Of a DNA stretch of 64,000 nt, positions 38,227 to 48,589 are shown one piece after another. The notes below the pieces were generated by a model that saw only the letters and a list, made by a program, of their open reading frames with translations, made no database searches and was not told the origin of the DNA. The translations under genes and the position numbers were made by a program. The stretch is from an uncultured Clostridiaceae bacterium (GTDB lineage: Bacteria > Bacillota > Clostridia > TANB77 > CAG-465): contig CAMVON010000006.1 of the NCBI GenBank assembly GCA_947169155.1, forward strand, positions 987 to 64,986, in the 5' to 3' direction. Positions within the stretch are counted from its first letter, which is position 1, and each line of letters opens with the position of its first letter.

Positions 38227-38270
38227 TTTTTGAAAAGAAAATATAATGTAAAAATTATATTTTCTTTTTT
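38227..38270 (+). repeat. 44-nt terminator-like hairpin, copy 2 (identical to 36346-36389)
   Basis: A perfect direct repeat of copy 1, followed by a T7 run. Confidence 0.85.
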
Positions 38271-38326
38271 TGTGCTTATATAGGTATTTTACGTATTTCA
38301 AAGGCCCTTGAAACCCTTTATTTTAC

Positions 38327-38355
38327 TTGACATTTATTAATATTAATAGTACAAT
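38327..38355 (+). promoter_or_regulatory. Sigma-A type promoter TTGACA-17-TACAAT for gdpP
   Basis: -35 at 38327-38332 and -10 at 38350-38355. Confidence 0.5.
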
Positions 38356-38393
38356 ATAATGGAATTATAGGGAGAAAAGGAAGTTTGAGTTTT

Positions 38394-40370
38394 ATGGCAA
38401 AAGATTCTAGAAAAAAATCCGGATTTTTTAAATCTTTATTAACCAAAATAATTATAATTGCTTTTATTCAAATAATATGTGCAATTGTATCAATAATATT
38501 CCCATTATCGCTTTTCATAGACATTGCGATAATTGTTTTATTATGCCTTTTTGCCATAGGAATGTGTATTGTTGAGTTTAAAAATAAAAAATTCAGACTT
38601 GGCGAAGTATCTAAAAATGTAGATGTAATTTTTAAAGATTCTTTAAATCTTATAGATATTCCAATGGCAATTGTTGGAACACAAGGAAATATTATTTGGA
38701 AAAATGCATCTGCAGATAATTTATTAACAGATGATTATATTGAAAAATCTGCAATTAAACTTGAAGGACTAAAAAAGAAAAATGTCAATTCTAGTATTCT
38801 TGAGGAAAGTCCAGATGGAGATATATATAATGTAATTTGTAATCCAATTAGATTTGAAGATTTTGATTGCTTACTTGTATCATTTATAGATAAAACTTAT
38901 GAGACAAGTTTAAAACAAAGCTTAGAAGATTCTAGAGTAGCAATTGGTATGCTTTTTGTAGATAATTATGAAGAAACATTACAAGGTTTAGATGAAATGC
39001 AAAAAGCAGAAGTTAAATCTGTATTAACTAAAGAAATTAGAAGCTGGGCAAGAGAAAATCAAGGGGTTCTTGCAAGATTAGATAAAGATAAATATGTTGT
39101 ATTTGTTGAGAAAAAATACATAGATAAGATGGAAGAAAATTCTTTTGATATCTTAGAAAGAGTTAGAAACTGTACTAATTTAACTAAACTTCCAATAACT
39201 GTTTCTCTTGGTGTTTCTTATTCAGAAGATACACTTGAAGATAGATACAATGCTGGTAGTTCTGCATTAGACATTGCTCTAGGTAGAGGTGGTGACCAAG
39301 CAGTTGTTAAAAAGGATAAAAAATATGATTTCTTTGGTGGTTCAAATGCAGGACTTGAAAAAATAAGTAAAGTTAAAGCAAGAGCGGTGGCTCAAGCTTT
39401 TAAAGAGCTGGTTGAAAAATCTGAAAACGTTTATGTTTGTGGACATAGAAATTCAGATTTAGACTGTATTGGTGCTGCAATAGGTGTTGCAAGAATTGCT
39501 AGATATTTAGGTAAAGAAGTAAAAATTGTTGTAGATGGAAAGCCAACTGCTTCAACTCAAGGAGTAATAGAAAAAATTCAATATAGTGAAGAATATAAAG
39601 ATACATTTGTAACATATGCAGATATTAGAAATGATGATTTTACTAATAGTTTACTTGTTGTAGTAGATACACATAAACAATCATATTTAGTAGAACCAGA
39701 TTTGTTAGATCATATAGAAAATGTTGCTGTAATAGACCATCATAGACGTGGTCCAGAATTTATAGAAAAAGCAGTGCTAACATATCATGAAATATATGCT
39801 TCAAGTGCTACAGAACTTGTTGCAGAATTAATAATGTTACTTGAAGGAATAGAATTATCATCTAATGAAGCAGAATGTATGTATGCAGGACTTGTTGTAG
39901 ATACTAAAAACTTCATGTTCAAAACTGGTGTTAGAACATTTGAAGTAGCTGCTTTCCTTAAAAAATTTGGTATAGATGTAGCCGAAATTAAGCTTCTATT
40001 CCAAAATAATTTTGATACTTATGTAACAAAAGTAGATATAGTTAAAAATGCTAAATTCTATAAAGATAACATTGCTATCTCTATGACAGATGCACAGCAC
40101 AAAGATATGCCAATTATTGCAGCACAGGCTGCAGATGAACTATTATCAATTTCAGGTATTCAAGCATCATTTGTGCTATGTATGGTAGATGGTGTTGTAA
40201 TGATATCTGGTAGATCAATGGGAGATATAAACGTACAAACTATTCTAGAAAAAATAGGTGGTGGCGGACACTTAACATTTGCTGGAGCCCAAATTGCAGG
40301 TGTTGAGTTAGAAGAGGCTAAATCTAGACTTTTAGATAGTATAGATGAATATTTAGAGGATAATGAATAA
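38394..40370 (+). CDS. gdpP: Cyclic-di-AMP phosphodiesterase GdpP (YybT): 2 TM + PAS + degenerate GGDEF + DHH/DHHA1
   Basis: N-terminal TM helices; a DHH motif block (VCGHRNSDLDCIGAAIG...VVVDTHKQSY...IDHHRRGPEF) and C-terminal DHHA1 (GGGGH). Conserved position upstream of rplI and dnaB. The start is ATG at 38394; the ORF-track start at 38385 is a TTG. Confidence 0.88.
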   Translation: MAKDSRKKSGFFKSLLTKIIIIAFIQIICAIVSIIFPLSLFIDIAIIVLLCLFAIGMCIVEFKNKKFRLGEVSKNVDVIFKDSLNLIDIPMAIVGTQGNIIWKNASADNLLTDDYIEKSAIKLEGLKKKNVNSSILEESPDGDIYNVICNPIRFEDFDCLLVSFIDKTYETSLKQSLEDSRVAIGMLFVDNYEETLQGLDEMQKAEVKSVLTKEIRSWARENQGVLARLDKDKYVVFVEKKYIDKMEENSFDILERVRNCTNLTKLPITVSLGVSYSEDTLEDRYNAGSSALDIALGRGGDQAVVKKDKKYDFFGGSNAGLEKISKVKARAVAQAFKELVEKSENVYVCGHRNSDLDCIGAAIGVARIARYLGKEVKIVVDGKPTASTQGVIEKIQYSEEYKDTFVTYADIRNDDFTNSLLVVVDTHKQSYLVEPDLLDHIENVAVIDHHRRGPEFIEKAVLTYHEIYASSATELVAELIMLLEGIELSSNEAECMYAGLVVDTKNFMFKTGVRTFEVAAFLKKFGIDVAEIKLLFQNNFDTYVTKVDIVKNAKFYKDNIAISMTDAQHKDMPIIAAQAADELLSISGIQASFVLCMVDGVVMISGRSMGDINVQTILEKIGGGGHLTFAGAQIAGVELEEAKSRLLDSIDEYLEDNE

Positions 40371-40404
40371 AAGTAAAATATAGTAATAGAGGAGGTAATT
40401 AAAG

Positions 40405-40851
40405 ATGAAAGTAGTATTAAATCAAGATGTAAAAGGAGTTGGAAAAAAACTCCAAATAGTTGAAGTAAGTGAAGGGTATGCTCGTAATTTTTTATTACCT
40501 AAAAAGTTAGCTGTTGTTGCAGATAACAAAAATTTAAATATGGCTCAAGGAAAGATAGATTCACAAAAATTTAAAAAGAAAACAGAACTTGAAGCTGCAA
40601 ATGAAAATAAGAAAATTATTGAAAATGGATTTATTGAATTTAGACATAAAGTTGGTGAAGGAAATAAGCTTTATGGAAGTGTTACAGAAAAAGATATAGC
40701 AGATAAAATTAAAGAAAAATTCAATATAGAAGTAAATAAAAAGAAAATTACTATATCTGATCCTATTAAATCATTAGGTTCATATACAGTAAATGTTAAA
40801 TTGTACGAAGGAGTAATAGCAAAGTTAAAAATATCAGTAGTAGGAATGTAG
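40405..40851 (+). CDS. rplI: 50S ribosomal protein L9
   Basis: MKVVLNQDVKGVGKKLQIVEVSEGYARNFLLPKKLA. Confidence 0.95.
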   Translation: MKVVLNQDVKGVGKKLQIVEVSEGYARNFLLPKKLAVVADNKNLNMAQGKIDSQKFKKKTELEAANENKKIIENGFIEFRHKVGEGNKLYGSVTEKDIADKIKEKFNIEVNKKKITISDPIKSLGSYTVNVKLYEGVIAKLKISVVGM

Positions 40852-40861
40852 GTGTATATAT

Positions 40862-42232
40862 ATGGAAAACGAAGTAGTAAATAAAGTACAACCCAATGAT
40901 ACATTAGCAGAACAAGCTGTTCTTGGTTCTATGTTATCAGATAAAGATGCAGTGCAAACAGCATTAGAAACATTAAAACCTGAAGATTTTTATAGAGAAG
41001 ATAATAAAGAAATATTTGCAGCTATGGAAGATATATATAGTGTTGGTAAAGAAGTAGATATTATTACTGTTGGTGAACAATTAAAACTTAGAGGAACACT
41101 TGAAAGAGTTGGTGGAACTCAAAATTTAGCTACACTTATAGATAATGTGCCTACTACATCTAATGTTGCTAGATATGTTGAAATTGTTAAACAAAAAGCT
41201 CTTTCAAGATCAATTATTAAAGTAAATAATGATATTTTAAAAGTTGCATATGATCAAACTGAAGATGTTGATGCTATTTTAGAGCAAGCTGAAAAAAATA
41301 TTTTTGAAATTGCTCAAAATAGAAATACTAAAGATTATGCAGTTATGAAAGATATATTAATAACAACACTAGATAATATAGAAAAAATGCAAAACAAAAA
41401 AACTAGATTATCTGGTATGGAATCTGGATTTTATGATTTGGATGAAAAAATATCTGGTCTAAATAACTCAGATTTAATTATAGTTGCAGCGCGTCCTGCC
41501 ATGGGTAAATCTGCTTTTGTATTAAATATAGCAACATACGTTGCTATGCATAATAAAGTTCCTGTTATGGTATTTAACTTGGAAATGTCAAAAGAACAAC
41601 TTGCAAACAGAATTCTTAGTGGTGAGGCTGAAGTAGATAATAAAAAAATTGCTAATGGAGATTTATCACCAGATGAATATGTAAAGGTTGCAGAAGGAAT
41701 GAATAGACTTGCTGGAACTCAATTATATATTGATGATTCATCTGTTCTTTCACCTTCAGAAATCAGAGCTAAATGTAGAAAAGCAAAACTAGAAAAAAAC
41801 ATTGGCCTTGTTATTGTCGATTACTTGCAACTTATGGAAGCAAAAAGCCCAAGTGGTTCAAGACAACAAGAGATATCTGAAATTTCTAGAGGACTAAAGA
41901 TTCTTGCAAAAGAATTAGATGTTCCTGTTATTGCACTTTCACAACTTAGTCGTGCTACTGAAGCTAGAGCAGACCACAAGCCTATGCTTAGTGATCTTCG
42001 TGAATCTGGTTCAATAGAGCAAGACGCGGATATAGTACTATTTATTCATAGAGATGATTACTATGATCAAGAATCAGAAAATAAAAATACAGCTGAAATT
42101 ATTGTTGCTAAAAATAGACATGGTGAAACTGGAACTGTAAAACTTGGTTGGGAAGGTAAATATACTAGATTTTCTAATCTTGCTAAAGGAAATACAAATT
42201 TAGAAGGAATAACAGAATATGATCTTAGATAA
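40862..42232 (+). CDS. dnaB: Replicative DNA helicase (DnaB family)
   Basis: N-terminal domain (AEQAVLGSML) and RecA-like domain with Walker A (AARPAMGKSAF), Walker B (VIVDYLQLM) and the arginine finger region. Confidence 0.93.
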   Translation: MENEVVNKVQPNDTLAEQAVLGSMLSDKDAVQTALETLKPEDFYREDNKEIFAAMEDIYSVGKEVDIITVGEQLKLRGTLERVGGTQNLATLIDNVPTTSNVARYVEIVKQKALSRSIIKVNNDILKVAYDQTEDVDAILEQAEKNIFEIAQNRNTKDYAVMKDILITTLDNIEKMQNKKTRLSGMESGFYDLDEKISGLNNSDLIIVAARPAMGKSAFVLNIATYVAMHNKVPVMVFNLEMSKEQLANRILSGEAEVDNKKIANGDLSPDEYVKVAEGMNRLAGTQLYIDDSSVLSPSEIRAKCRKAKLEKNIGLVIVDYLQLMEAKSPSGSRQQEISEISRGLKILAKELDVPVIALSQLSRATEARADHKPMLSDLRESGSIEQDADIVLFIHRDDYYDQESENKNTAEIIVAKNRHGETGTVKLGWEGKYTRFSNLAKGNTNLEGITEYDLR

Positions 42233-43193
42233 AGTAAAGAATAATATTATAGAAAATGAATTAATTAAAAATGGAGATAAGGTTGTTGTAGCAGTATCTG
42301 GTGGACCAGATTCTATGTGCTTACTAGATACTTTAAATAAGCTTAAAGATGAACTTAACTTTTCTATCTGTGTTGCTCATGTAAATCATGGAATTAGAAA
42401 AGAGTCAGATGATGAAAAGGTATATGTTGAAAATTATTGTAAAAAATATAATATTCCTTTTCATTATTTAAAAGTAGATGTTCCTAAGCTTTCTAAAGAA
42501 AATAAAATGAGCGAAGAAACATATGGCAGAAAAGTTAGATATGATTTTTTTGAACAAGTTAGAATTGAAGAAAGTGCTTCAGCTATTGCTGTTGCACATA
42601 ATCTTAATGATAACGTAGAAACAGTACTGTTAAACGAACTTAGAGGCTGTGGATTAAAAGGTTTAACTGGTATGGATTTTAGATTTGGTTACATTATTAG
42701 ACCTTTACTTAATATTGAAAAAAAAGATATTATATTATATAATAATGAACTAGAGTTAAATCCTTGTATAGATAAAACAAATAGTGAGGAAATATATCTT
42801 AGAAATAAAATTAGACTTAGTTTAATTCCTTATCTTCAAGAATTAAATCCAAATTTTGTTGAAAATATTTCTAGAATGAGAAAGATTCTAAAAGAAGATA
42901 ATGATTTTATTGAACAATATGTAGATAAAGTTTTTGCCACTACTATTGTTGAAGAAAATAATAATAGTATTATTTTTAATTACAAAGATTTAATGAATGA
43001 ACATGAAAGTATTCAAAAAAGAGTAATTAGAAGAATCATTGAGAAAAAAATAACTAATTTAGATGGAATTGAGAGTATACATGTTTTAGATATTCTAAAA
43101 CTGTTAAATAATAATATAAAAGGCAAAAAGTATATAATCGGTAACAAATTTACAATTGAAATTGTTAAAAAGAATACTGCAATTATTTACTAA
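42219..43193 (+). CDS. tilS: tRNA(Ile)-lysidine synthetase
   Basis: PP-loop VVAVSGGPDSMCLL; located upstream of ftsH as in Bacillus. Confidence 0.85.
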   Translation: MILDKVKNNIIENELIKNGDKVVVAVSGGPDSMCLLDTLNKLKDELNFSICVAHVNHGIRKESDDEKVYVENYCKKYNIPFHYLKVDVPKLSKENKMSEETYGRKVRYDFFEQVRIEESASAIAVAHNLNDNVETVLLNELRGCGLKGLTGMDFRFGYIIRPLLNIEKKDIILYNNELELNPCIDKTNSEEIYLRNKIRLSLIPYLQELNPNFVENISRMRKILKEDNDFIEQYVDKVFATTIVEENNNSIIFNYKDLMNEHESIQKRVIRRIIEKKITNLDGIESIHVLDILKLLNNNIKGKKYIIGNKFTIEIVKKNTAIIY

Positions 43194-43208
43194 TTGAAGG
43201 GAGAAAAT

Positions 43209-45146
43209 ATGAGAAGAAGAAACGCAATTAGGACTTTACTTACATATATTGCTCTTATTGCACTAGCAATTTGGGCAATTACTGCATTAGATTCTACAAC
43301 AACAAAAGAAATGTCCTATACAGAGTTAATGCAAAAAATTGAAACTGAAGATGTTAAGAGTATAGAGCTTGGAACAACTAGACTTAACGCTAAAGTAATC
43401 TTAAAGGATGAAGAAAATATTACTAGAATTGTAGATATACCATCATCTTCAACTTTTATTGAGTCAGTACAAGATAGAGTAGCTAGTGGTCAATTTGAAT
43501 TAACTGTTGCACAAGAAACTGTGTTTGAGACTTTAGCTCCATATATTCCAAATGTTTTATTACTTCTTGGTACATTATTTATTTTAATGTTTGTACTTAG
43601 AAAGACAAATGATAGTAATAATAAAGCTATGGATTTTGGAAAGAGTAGAGCTCAAAAGATAGATAAAAATTCACCAAAGAAAGTTACTTTTAAAGATGTA
43701 GCTGGACTTGATGAAGAAAAAGAGGAATTACAAGAAGAAGTTGAATTTTTAAAAAATCCCAAAAAATATATAGATATGGGTGCAAGAATTCCAAAAGGAA
43801 TACTTCTTGTAGGTCACCCTGGTAATGGTAAAACATTACTTGCAAAAGCAGTAGCAGGTGAGGCAAATGTACCATTCTTTAGTATTTCTGGATCAGACTT
43901 TGTTGAAATGTTTGTTGGTGTTGGTGCATCAAGAGTTAGAGATATGTTTAAAGAAGCAAAAGCAAATTCTCCATGTATTATATTTATAGACGAAATTGAT
44001 GCTGTTGGTCGTCAAAGAGGTGCAGGTCTTGGTGGTGGACATGATGAAAGAGAACAAACACTAAACCAATTACTTGTTGAGATGGATGGATTTGCTACAC
44101 ATGAAAGTATAATAGTTATGGCTGCTACAAACAGACCAGATATCCTAGATCCTGCTTTACTTAGACCTGGTAGATTTGATAGACAAATTGTTGTTGGTTC
44201 ACCAGACGTTAAAGCAAGAGAAGATATACTTAAATTACATGCAAAAAATAAACCTTTTGTTGAAGGTATAGATTTTAAAGTTATTGCTAAAAATACTGCT
44301 GGATTTAGTGGTGCAGATTTAGAGAATATGATTAATGAAGCAGCTCTTCTTGCTGCAAGAAAAAATAAAACTAAAATAGACTTAGATGATGTTGAAGCAG
44401 CTATGGTTAAAGTAATGATGGGACCAGAAAAGAAGAGTAAAGTAATTACTGAAAAAGAGAAAAAACTTACTGCTTATCATGAAGCAGGTCATGCGGTAGT
44501 TGCTAGATTCTTACCAAATCATGATGATATACATGAAATATCTATTATACCAAGAGGTATGGCTGGAGGTTATACTATGTATAGACCAACAGAAGATAAG
44601 TCTTATGTTTCTAAAGCTGAGATGAAAGAACAAATTGTTTCTCTTCTTGGTGGTAGAATGGCAGAAAAACTTATTTTAGATGATATTTCTACTGGAGCTT
44701 CAAATGATATTGAAAGAGCAACAAAGATTGCAAAACAAATGGTTATGAAGTATGGTATGTCAGATGTTATGGGACCAATTATGTATGGAACTAGCCAAGA
44801 GGAAGTTTTCTTAGGTAGAGATATGACTACTCATTCAAAAGATTATAGTGAGCAAACTGCTGCTGAAATAGATAAAGAAGTAAAAGCAATTATAATGAAT
44901 GCATATAAGAGTGCAGAAAACATTCTTAAAGATAATGTAGATAAACTACATGCTGTTGCTAAAGTTCTTATTGAAAAAGAAAAAATTACAGGAGAAGAAT
45001 TTGATGCAATATTTAGAGGAGAAGATGTTTTAGCTAAAGTTAAAGAAGAAAAGAAAAAAGCTGAAGAAGCAAAAGCTGAAGAAAATAAAAATGAAGAAAA
45101 AGTAGAAGAGAAGAAAGAAGATAAAAAGGAAGAAGAGAATAAATAG
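43209..45146 (+). CDS. ftsH: ATP-dependent zinc metalloprotease FtsH
   Basis: Two TM segments, an AAA module ([17 protein letters not shown]; ...[14 protein letters not shown]) and the M41 protease motif HEAGHAVV. The start is ATG at 43209 with RBS aagggag; the ORF-track start at 43194 is a TTG. Confidence 0.95.
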   Translation: MRRRNAIRTLLTYIALIALAIWAITALDSTTTKEMSYTELMQKIETEDVKSIELGTTRLNAKVILKDEENITRIVDIPSSSTFIESVQDRVASGQFELTVAQETVFETLAPYIPNVLLLLGTLFILMFVLRKTNDSNNKAMDFGKSRAQKIDKNSPKKVTFKDVAGLDEEKEELQEEVEFLKNPKKYIDMGARIPKGILLVGHPGNGKTLLAKAVAGEANVPFFSISGSDFVEMFVGVGASRVRDMFKEAKANSPCIIFIDEIDAVGRQRGAGLGGGHDEREQTLNQLLVEMDGFATHESIIVMAATNRPDILDPALLRPGRFDRQIVVGSPDVKAREDILKLHAKNKPFVEGIDFKVIAKNTAGFSGADLENMINEAALLAARKNKTKIDLDDVEAAMVKVMMGPEKKSKVITEKEKKLTAYHEAGHAVVARFLPNHDDIHEISIIPRGMAGGYTMYRPTEDKSYVSKAEMKEQIVSLLGGRMAEKLILDDISTGASNDIERATKIAKQMVMKYGMSDVMGPIMYGTSQEEVFLGRDMTTHSKDYSEQTAAEIDKEVKAIIMNAYKSAENILKDNVDKLHAVAKVLIEKEKITGEEFDAIFRGEDVLAKVKEEKKKAEEAKAEENKNEEKVEEKKEDKKEEENK

Positions 45147-45158
45147 TATAAACTAATA

Positions 45159-45188
45159 AAGATGGGGTGAAAACCTCATCTTTTTTAT
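45159..45188 (+). terminator. Terminator hairpin (gatgggg-tgaaaa-cctcatc + T6) after ftsH
   Basis: A 7-bp stem with one G-U pair, followed by ttttttatg. Confidence 0.7.
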
Positions 45189-45220
45189 GTATATTTTAGC
45201 ATTATTTTTGCTTTTATCTG

Positions 45221-45249
45221 TTGCGTTAGAGATTAATCTGTGGTATAAT
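45221..45249 (+). promoter_or_regulatory. Sigma-A promoter TTGCGT-17-TGgTATAAT for rpsB-tsf, followed by a ~130-nt leader
   Basis: -35 at 45221-45226, an extended TG and the -10 at 45244-45249. The leader at 45250-45379 contains hairpin-capable segments (a candidate S2 autoregulatory leader). Confidence 0.5.
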
Positions 45250-45379
45250 AATACCGCTGTATGTTTATTCTAGTAGACATACAAGTACACACATGGTCGA
45301 GTTTTACACTTCTTCCACAAAAGTGGACATCGTAAAATGCTGAAAACCATGGAGGATTGAAAGAAGGAGGAATTTTAAA

Positions 45380-46261
45380 ATGGCAATCGTACCAATGAAA
45401 TCATTACTAGAAGCTGGTGTTCATTTTGGACATCAAACAAAAAGATGGGACCCAAGAATGGCTCCATACATATATACTGCAAGAAATGGTATATATATTT
45501 TAGATTTACAAAAAACATCTAAAAAATTACAAGAAGCATACAACGAAACTAAAAAAGTTGTTGCTGAAGGTGGATTAGTTCTATTTGTTGGAACTAAAAA
45601 ACAAATTCAAGAAACTATCAAAACTGAAGCTGAAAGATGTGGAATGTACTACATTAACAGCAGATGGTTAGGTGGTACTCTAACAAACTTTGCTACAATT
45701 AAAACAAGAATAGCAAGATTAAACGAATTAGAAGAAATGCAATCTAACGGAACTTTTGAAGTTCTACCTAAAAAAGAAGTTTCTCAATTATTAAAAGAAA
45801 AAGAAATTCTTGAAACTAATTTAGGTGGTATCAAGAACATGGAAAAACTTCCATCATTAATTTTCTTAGCAGACTCTAAAAAAGAATATATCTGTACTAG
45901 AGAAGCTAGAAGATTAAACATTCCTACAATTGGATTAATTGATTCAAACTGTAATCCTAACGATGTAGATTTTGTAATTCCAGGTAATGATGATGCTGTT
46001 AAATCAGTAAGCTTAATCGCTGGTAAAATCGCTGATGCTGTTGTTGAAGCAAAAGAAGGAAACTTAGCTACTGCAGATGATGAAGAATCTGAAACAATGC
46101 AAGAGTTAGTTGAAAAAGAAGGTATCGATAAAATCGAAAGAAAACCAAAACAAAACAACAGAAGAACTTATCAAAGAAGAGATAACAGAAAAGAAGAAGC
46201 TACAACTGAAGAAACTAAAACAGAAGAAGTAGCTGAAGAAGCTGAAAAAACTGAAGAATAA
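45380..46261 (+). CDS. rpsB: 30S ribosomal protein S2 (with about 50-aa charged C-terminal extension)
   Basis: [32 protein letters not shown]...; the ORF is 293 aa against the usual ~235-260 aa. Confidence 0.95.
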   Translation: MAIVPMKSLLEAGVHFGHQTKRWDPRMAPYIYTARNGIYILDLQKTSKKLQEAYNETKKVVAEGGLVLFVGTKKQIQETIKTEAERCGMYYINSRWLGGTLTNFATIKTRIARLNELEEMQSNGTFEVLPKKEVSQLLKEKEILETNLGGIKNMEKLPSLIFLADSKKEYICTREARRLNIPTIGLIDSNCNPNDVDFVIPGNDDAVKSVSLIAGKIADAVVEAKEGNLATADDEESETMQELVEKEGIDKIERKPKQNNRRTYQRRDNRKEEATTEETKTEEVAEEAEKTEE

Positions 46262-46287
46262 TATTAATATATAGGGGGTGCTTTATT

Positions 46288-46935
46288 ATGGCAATTACAG
46301 CCGAACAAGTTAAAGAATTAAGAGATAGAACTGGTGCAGGTATAATGGACTGCAAAAAAATCCTTACAGAAGCTGAAGGAGATATGGAAAAAGCTATTGA
46401 GCTTTTAAAACAAAAAGGTATGGCAAAAGCTGCTAAAAAAGCAGGAAGAATTGCTGCAGAAGGACTTGTTGATGCATATATTCACAATGGTAAATATGGT
46501 GCATTAGTTGAAGTTAACTCTGAAACAGACTTCGTTGCTAAAAACGATGACTTTAAAGCATTTGTTAGAGATATCGCTATGCATGTTGCAGCTGCAGCTC
46601 CTCAATATGTAAAAAGAGAAGATGTACCTGAAGCAATTGTTAACAAAGAAAAAGAAGCACAAAAACAAAAAGCTATTGAAGAAGGAAAACCTGAAGCAAT
46701 CGCTGAAAAAATCGTTGAAGGAAGAATGGATAAATTCTATTCTGAAATCTGTCTTCTAGATCAACCATTCGTTAAAGATCCAGACAAGACTGTTGGACAA
46801 TTACTTACTGAATTTATCGCTAAAATTGGTGAAAACATTGTTATTAGAAGATTTGTAAGATTTGAAAGAGGCGAAGGAATCGAGAAAAAAGAAGAAAACT
46901 TTGCTGAAGAAGTTATGAAACAAGTAAACGGTTAA
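46288..46935 (+). CDS. tsf: Elongation factor Ts (short 215-aa form)
   Basis: [44 protein letters not shown] (UBA-like N-terminus) plus one core domain. Confidence 0.93.
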   Translation: MAITAEQVKELRDRTGAGIMDCKKILTEAEGDMEKAIELLKQKGMAKAAKKAGRIAAEGLVDAYIHNGKYGALVEVNSETDFVAKNDDFKAFVRDIAMHVAAAAPQYVKREDVPEAIVNKEKEAQKQKAIEEGKPEAIAEKIVEGRMDKFYSEICLLDQPFVKDPDKTVGQLLTEFIAKIGENIVIRRFVRFERGEGIEKKEENFAEEVMKQVNG

Positions 46936-46939
46936 TAAT

Positions 46940-46972
46940 ATAGAGTGACTATTTTTAGTCACTCTTTTTTTG
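46940..46972 (+). terminator. Rho-independent terminator after tsf (agagtgact-attttt-agtcactct + T7)
   Basis: A 9-bp perfect stem. Confidence 0.85.
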
Positions 46973-46980
46973 TATTTAAA

Positions 46981-47009
46981 TTGACGATAGTTTTTCAAAA
47001 TGATATAAT
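46981..47009 (+). promoter_or_regulatory. Sigma-A type promoter TTGACG-17-TATAAT for pyrH
   Basis: -35 at 46981-46986 and -10 at 47004-47009. Confidence 0.5.
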
Positions 47010-47042
47010 CATTTAAGAATTGATGTTTGGAGGAGTTTAAAA

Positions 47043-47744
47043 ATGTATAAAAGAATATTAGTTAAATTAAGTGGTGAAGCAATTGGTGAAGCTGATGGTA
47101 GAGGTATTGATAGTGATAAACTAGAAACTGTTGCAGATCAAATAGTAGATTTAAATAAAGCTGGAACAGAAATTGCAATAGTTATTGGTGCTGGAAACTT
47201 CTGGAGAGGAAGATATGGTGGAAACTATATCAAAAGAACAACATCAGATTACATGGGTATGCTTGCTACAACACTTAATGCCTTGGCATTACAAGAAATG
47301 CTTGAATCAAAAGGTGTTCAAACAAGAGTACAAACTGCAATTGAAATGAAGCAAGTAGCAGAGCCATATATTAGAAGAAAAGCCGTTAGACATTTAGAAA
47401 AAGGAAGAGTAGTTATTTTTGCATGTGGTACAGGAAGTCCTTTCTTTACAACAGATTCTGCAGCTGCTCTTAGAGCTGTAGAAATGGATTCAGATGTTAT
47501 ACTTCTTGCTAAAAATGTTGATGGAGTATATAATAAAGACCCTAAAAAATATGATGATGCTATTAAGTATGATGAAGTAACTTATATGCAATCAATTAAT
47601 GAAAAACTTGGAGTGATGGATACTACTGCTATTACACTATGTATGGAAAACAAAATTCCAATTTTAGTATTTGCTTTAAATGAAGAAAACTCAATTAAAA
47701 GAGCAGCATCTGGAGAAAATATTGGAACAATAATTAAAGAGTAG
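47043..47744 (+). CDS. pyrH: UMP kinase
   Basis: [15 protein letters not shown]...[12 protein letters not shown] matches the amino-acid kinase family PyrH. Confidence 0.93.
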   Translation: MYKRILVKLSGEAIGEADGRGIDSDKLETVADQIVDLNKAGTEIAIVIGAGNFWRGRYGGNYIKRTTSDYMGMLATTLNALALQEMLESKGVQTRVQTAIEMKQVAEPYIRRKAVRHLEKGRVVIFACGTGSPFFTTDSAAALRAVEMDSDVILLAKNVDGVYNKDPKKYDDAIKYDEVTYMQSINEKLGVMDTTAITLCMENKIPILVFALNEENSIKRAASGENIGTIIKE

Positions 47745-47763
47745 AATTTATTGGAGGTAGATT

Positions 47764-48444
47764 ATGGAAGAAAAAGGTGAAGTGTTATATGAGCTTGGAC
47801 CTAAATTTGATTTCTTTTATGAACTAACTATGCCTACTGGAAAGAAAATGAAATCATCATTTATTGCAGTAATTGTTGCTTTAGTAATTAATGTTATTAT
47901 TGAAATTGCAAGAAGCATGGCACAAGATGCTGGAAATTATGCAACTATGCCAATGTTTAAAATCATTACTGTAATTGGACTTATATTTTTAGCATTTTTT
48001 GTTTTACTTTTTATTGCAAGAATTGTTATGCAGGTTCTTGAATATAAAGGTATTAAATATACGTTTTATAAAAATTGTATGGTGTATGAAAATAAATTCT
48101 TAAATCAAACAAAGAAAACAATTGAATATTCTAATATTCGTGAAATTGAAATAAGAAGAACGTTACTTGATAGAATGCTTAATTATGGTGTTATTATTAT
48201 TTATACTAATGCAGAAAAAGCCTATGGTAGTGCAACTGTTATTTATGCTGTTAAAGATATAGAAAAACATTACAATAACATTGAAAGTATAGTACACAAT
48301 GGTAATATAATGAATAACCCTATTAAGACAGGAGATGTTTCTAAAGATTATGAAACACATGATCAGTTTGTTGATGCTATAAATACCGGTAAAGTAGAGC
48401 AAAATATTTCAAAAGAAAGTGTTGAAAATGAAGAAATTAAGTAG
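47764..48444 (+). CDS. Membrane protein with bacterial PH (bPH_2 / YdbS-like) domain
   Basis: Two TM helices flank a YdbS-like domain (IEYSNIREIEIRRTLLDRMLNYGVIIIYTN). It occupies the position where frr normally follows pyrH. Confidence 0.55.
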   Translation: MEEKGEVLYELGPKFDFFYELTMPTGKKMKSSFIAVIVALVINVIIEIARSMAQDAGNYATMPMFKIITVIGLIFLAFFVLLFIARIVMQVLEYKGIKYTFYKNCMVYENKFLNQTKKTIEYSNIREIEIRRTLLDRMLNYGVIIIYTNAEKAYGSATVIYAVKDIEKHYNNIESIVHNGNIMNNPIKTGDVSKDYETHDQFVDAINTGKVEQNISKESVENEEIK

Positions 48445-48482
48445 TACCAAAATTAATAGTTTTTTAATGTAACATAAATGAA

Positions 48483-48511
48483 AAAGAGGACCAAAAATCC
48501 TCTTTTTTTCT
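48483..48511 (+). terminator. Rho-independent terminator (agagga-ccaaaaat-cctct + T7)
   Basis: Read directly. Confidence 0.75.
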
Positions 48512-48535
48512 ATGTCAAAAGTTGTTGTAAAATTG

Positions 48536-48564
48536 TTGACTTAAAAGTATATAAATAGTATAAT
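48536..48564 (+). promoter_or_regulatory. Sigma-A type promoter TTGACT-17-TATAAT for secDF
   Basis: -35 at 48536-48541 and -10 at 48559-48564. Confidence 0.5.
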
Positions 48565-48589
48565 TACAAGTGTTATAGGAGGGATTTAA

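Noticed and set aside
38281-38326. Apparent palindrome tttcaaaggcccttgaaaccc upstream of the gdpP promoter
   Set aside because: On base-by-base pairing the symmetry breaks after 2 bp. It is not a true inverted repeat.
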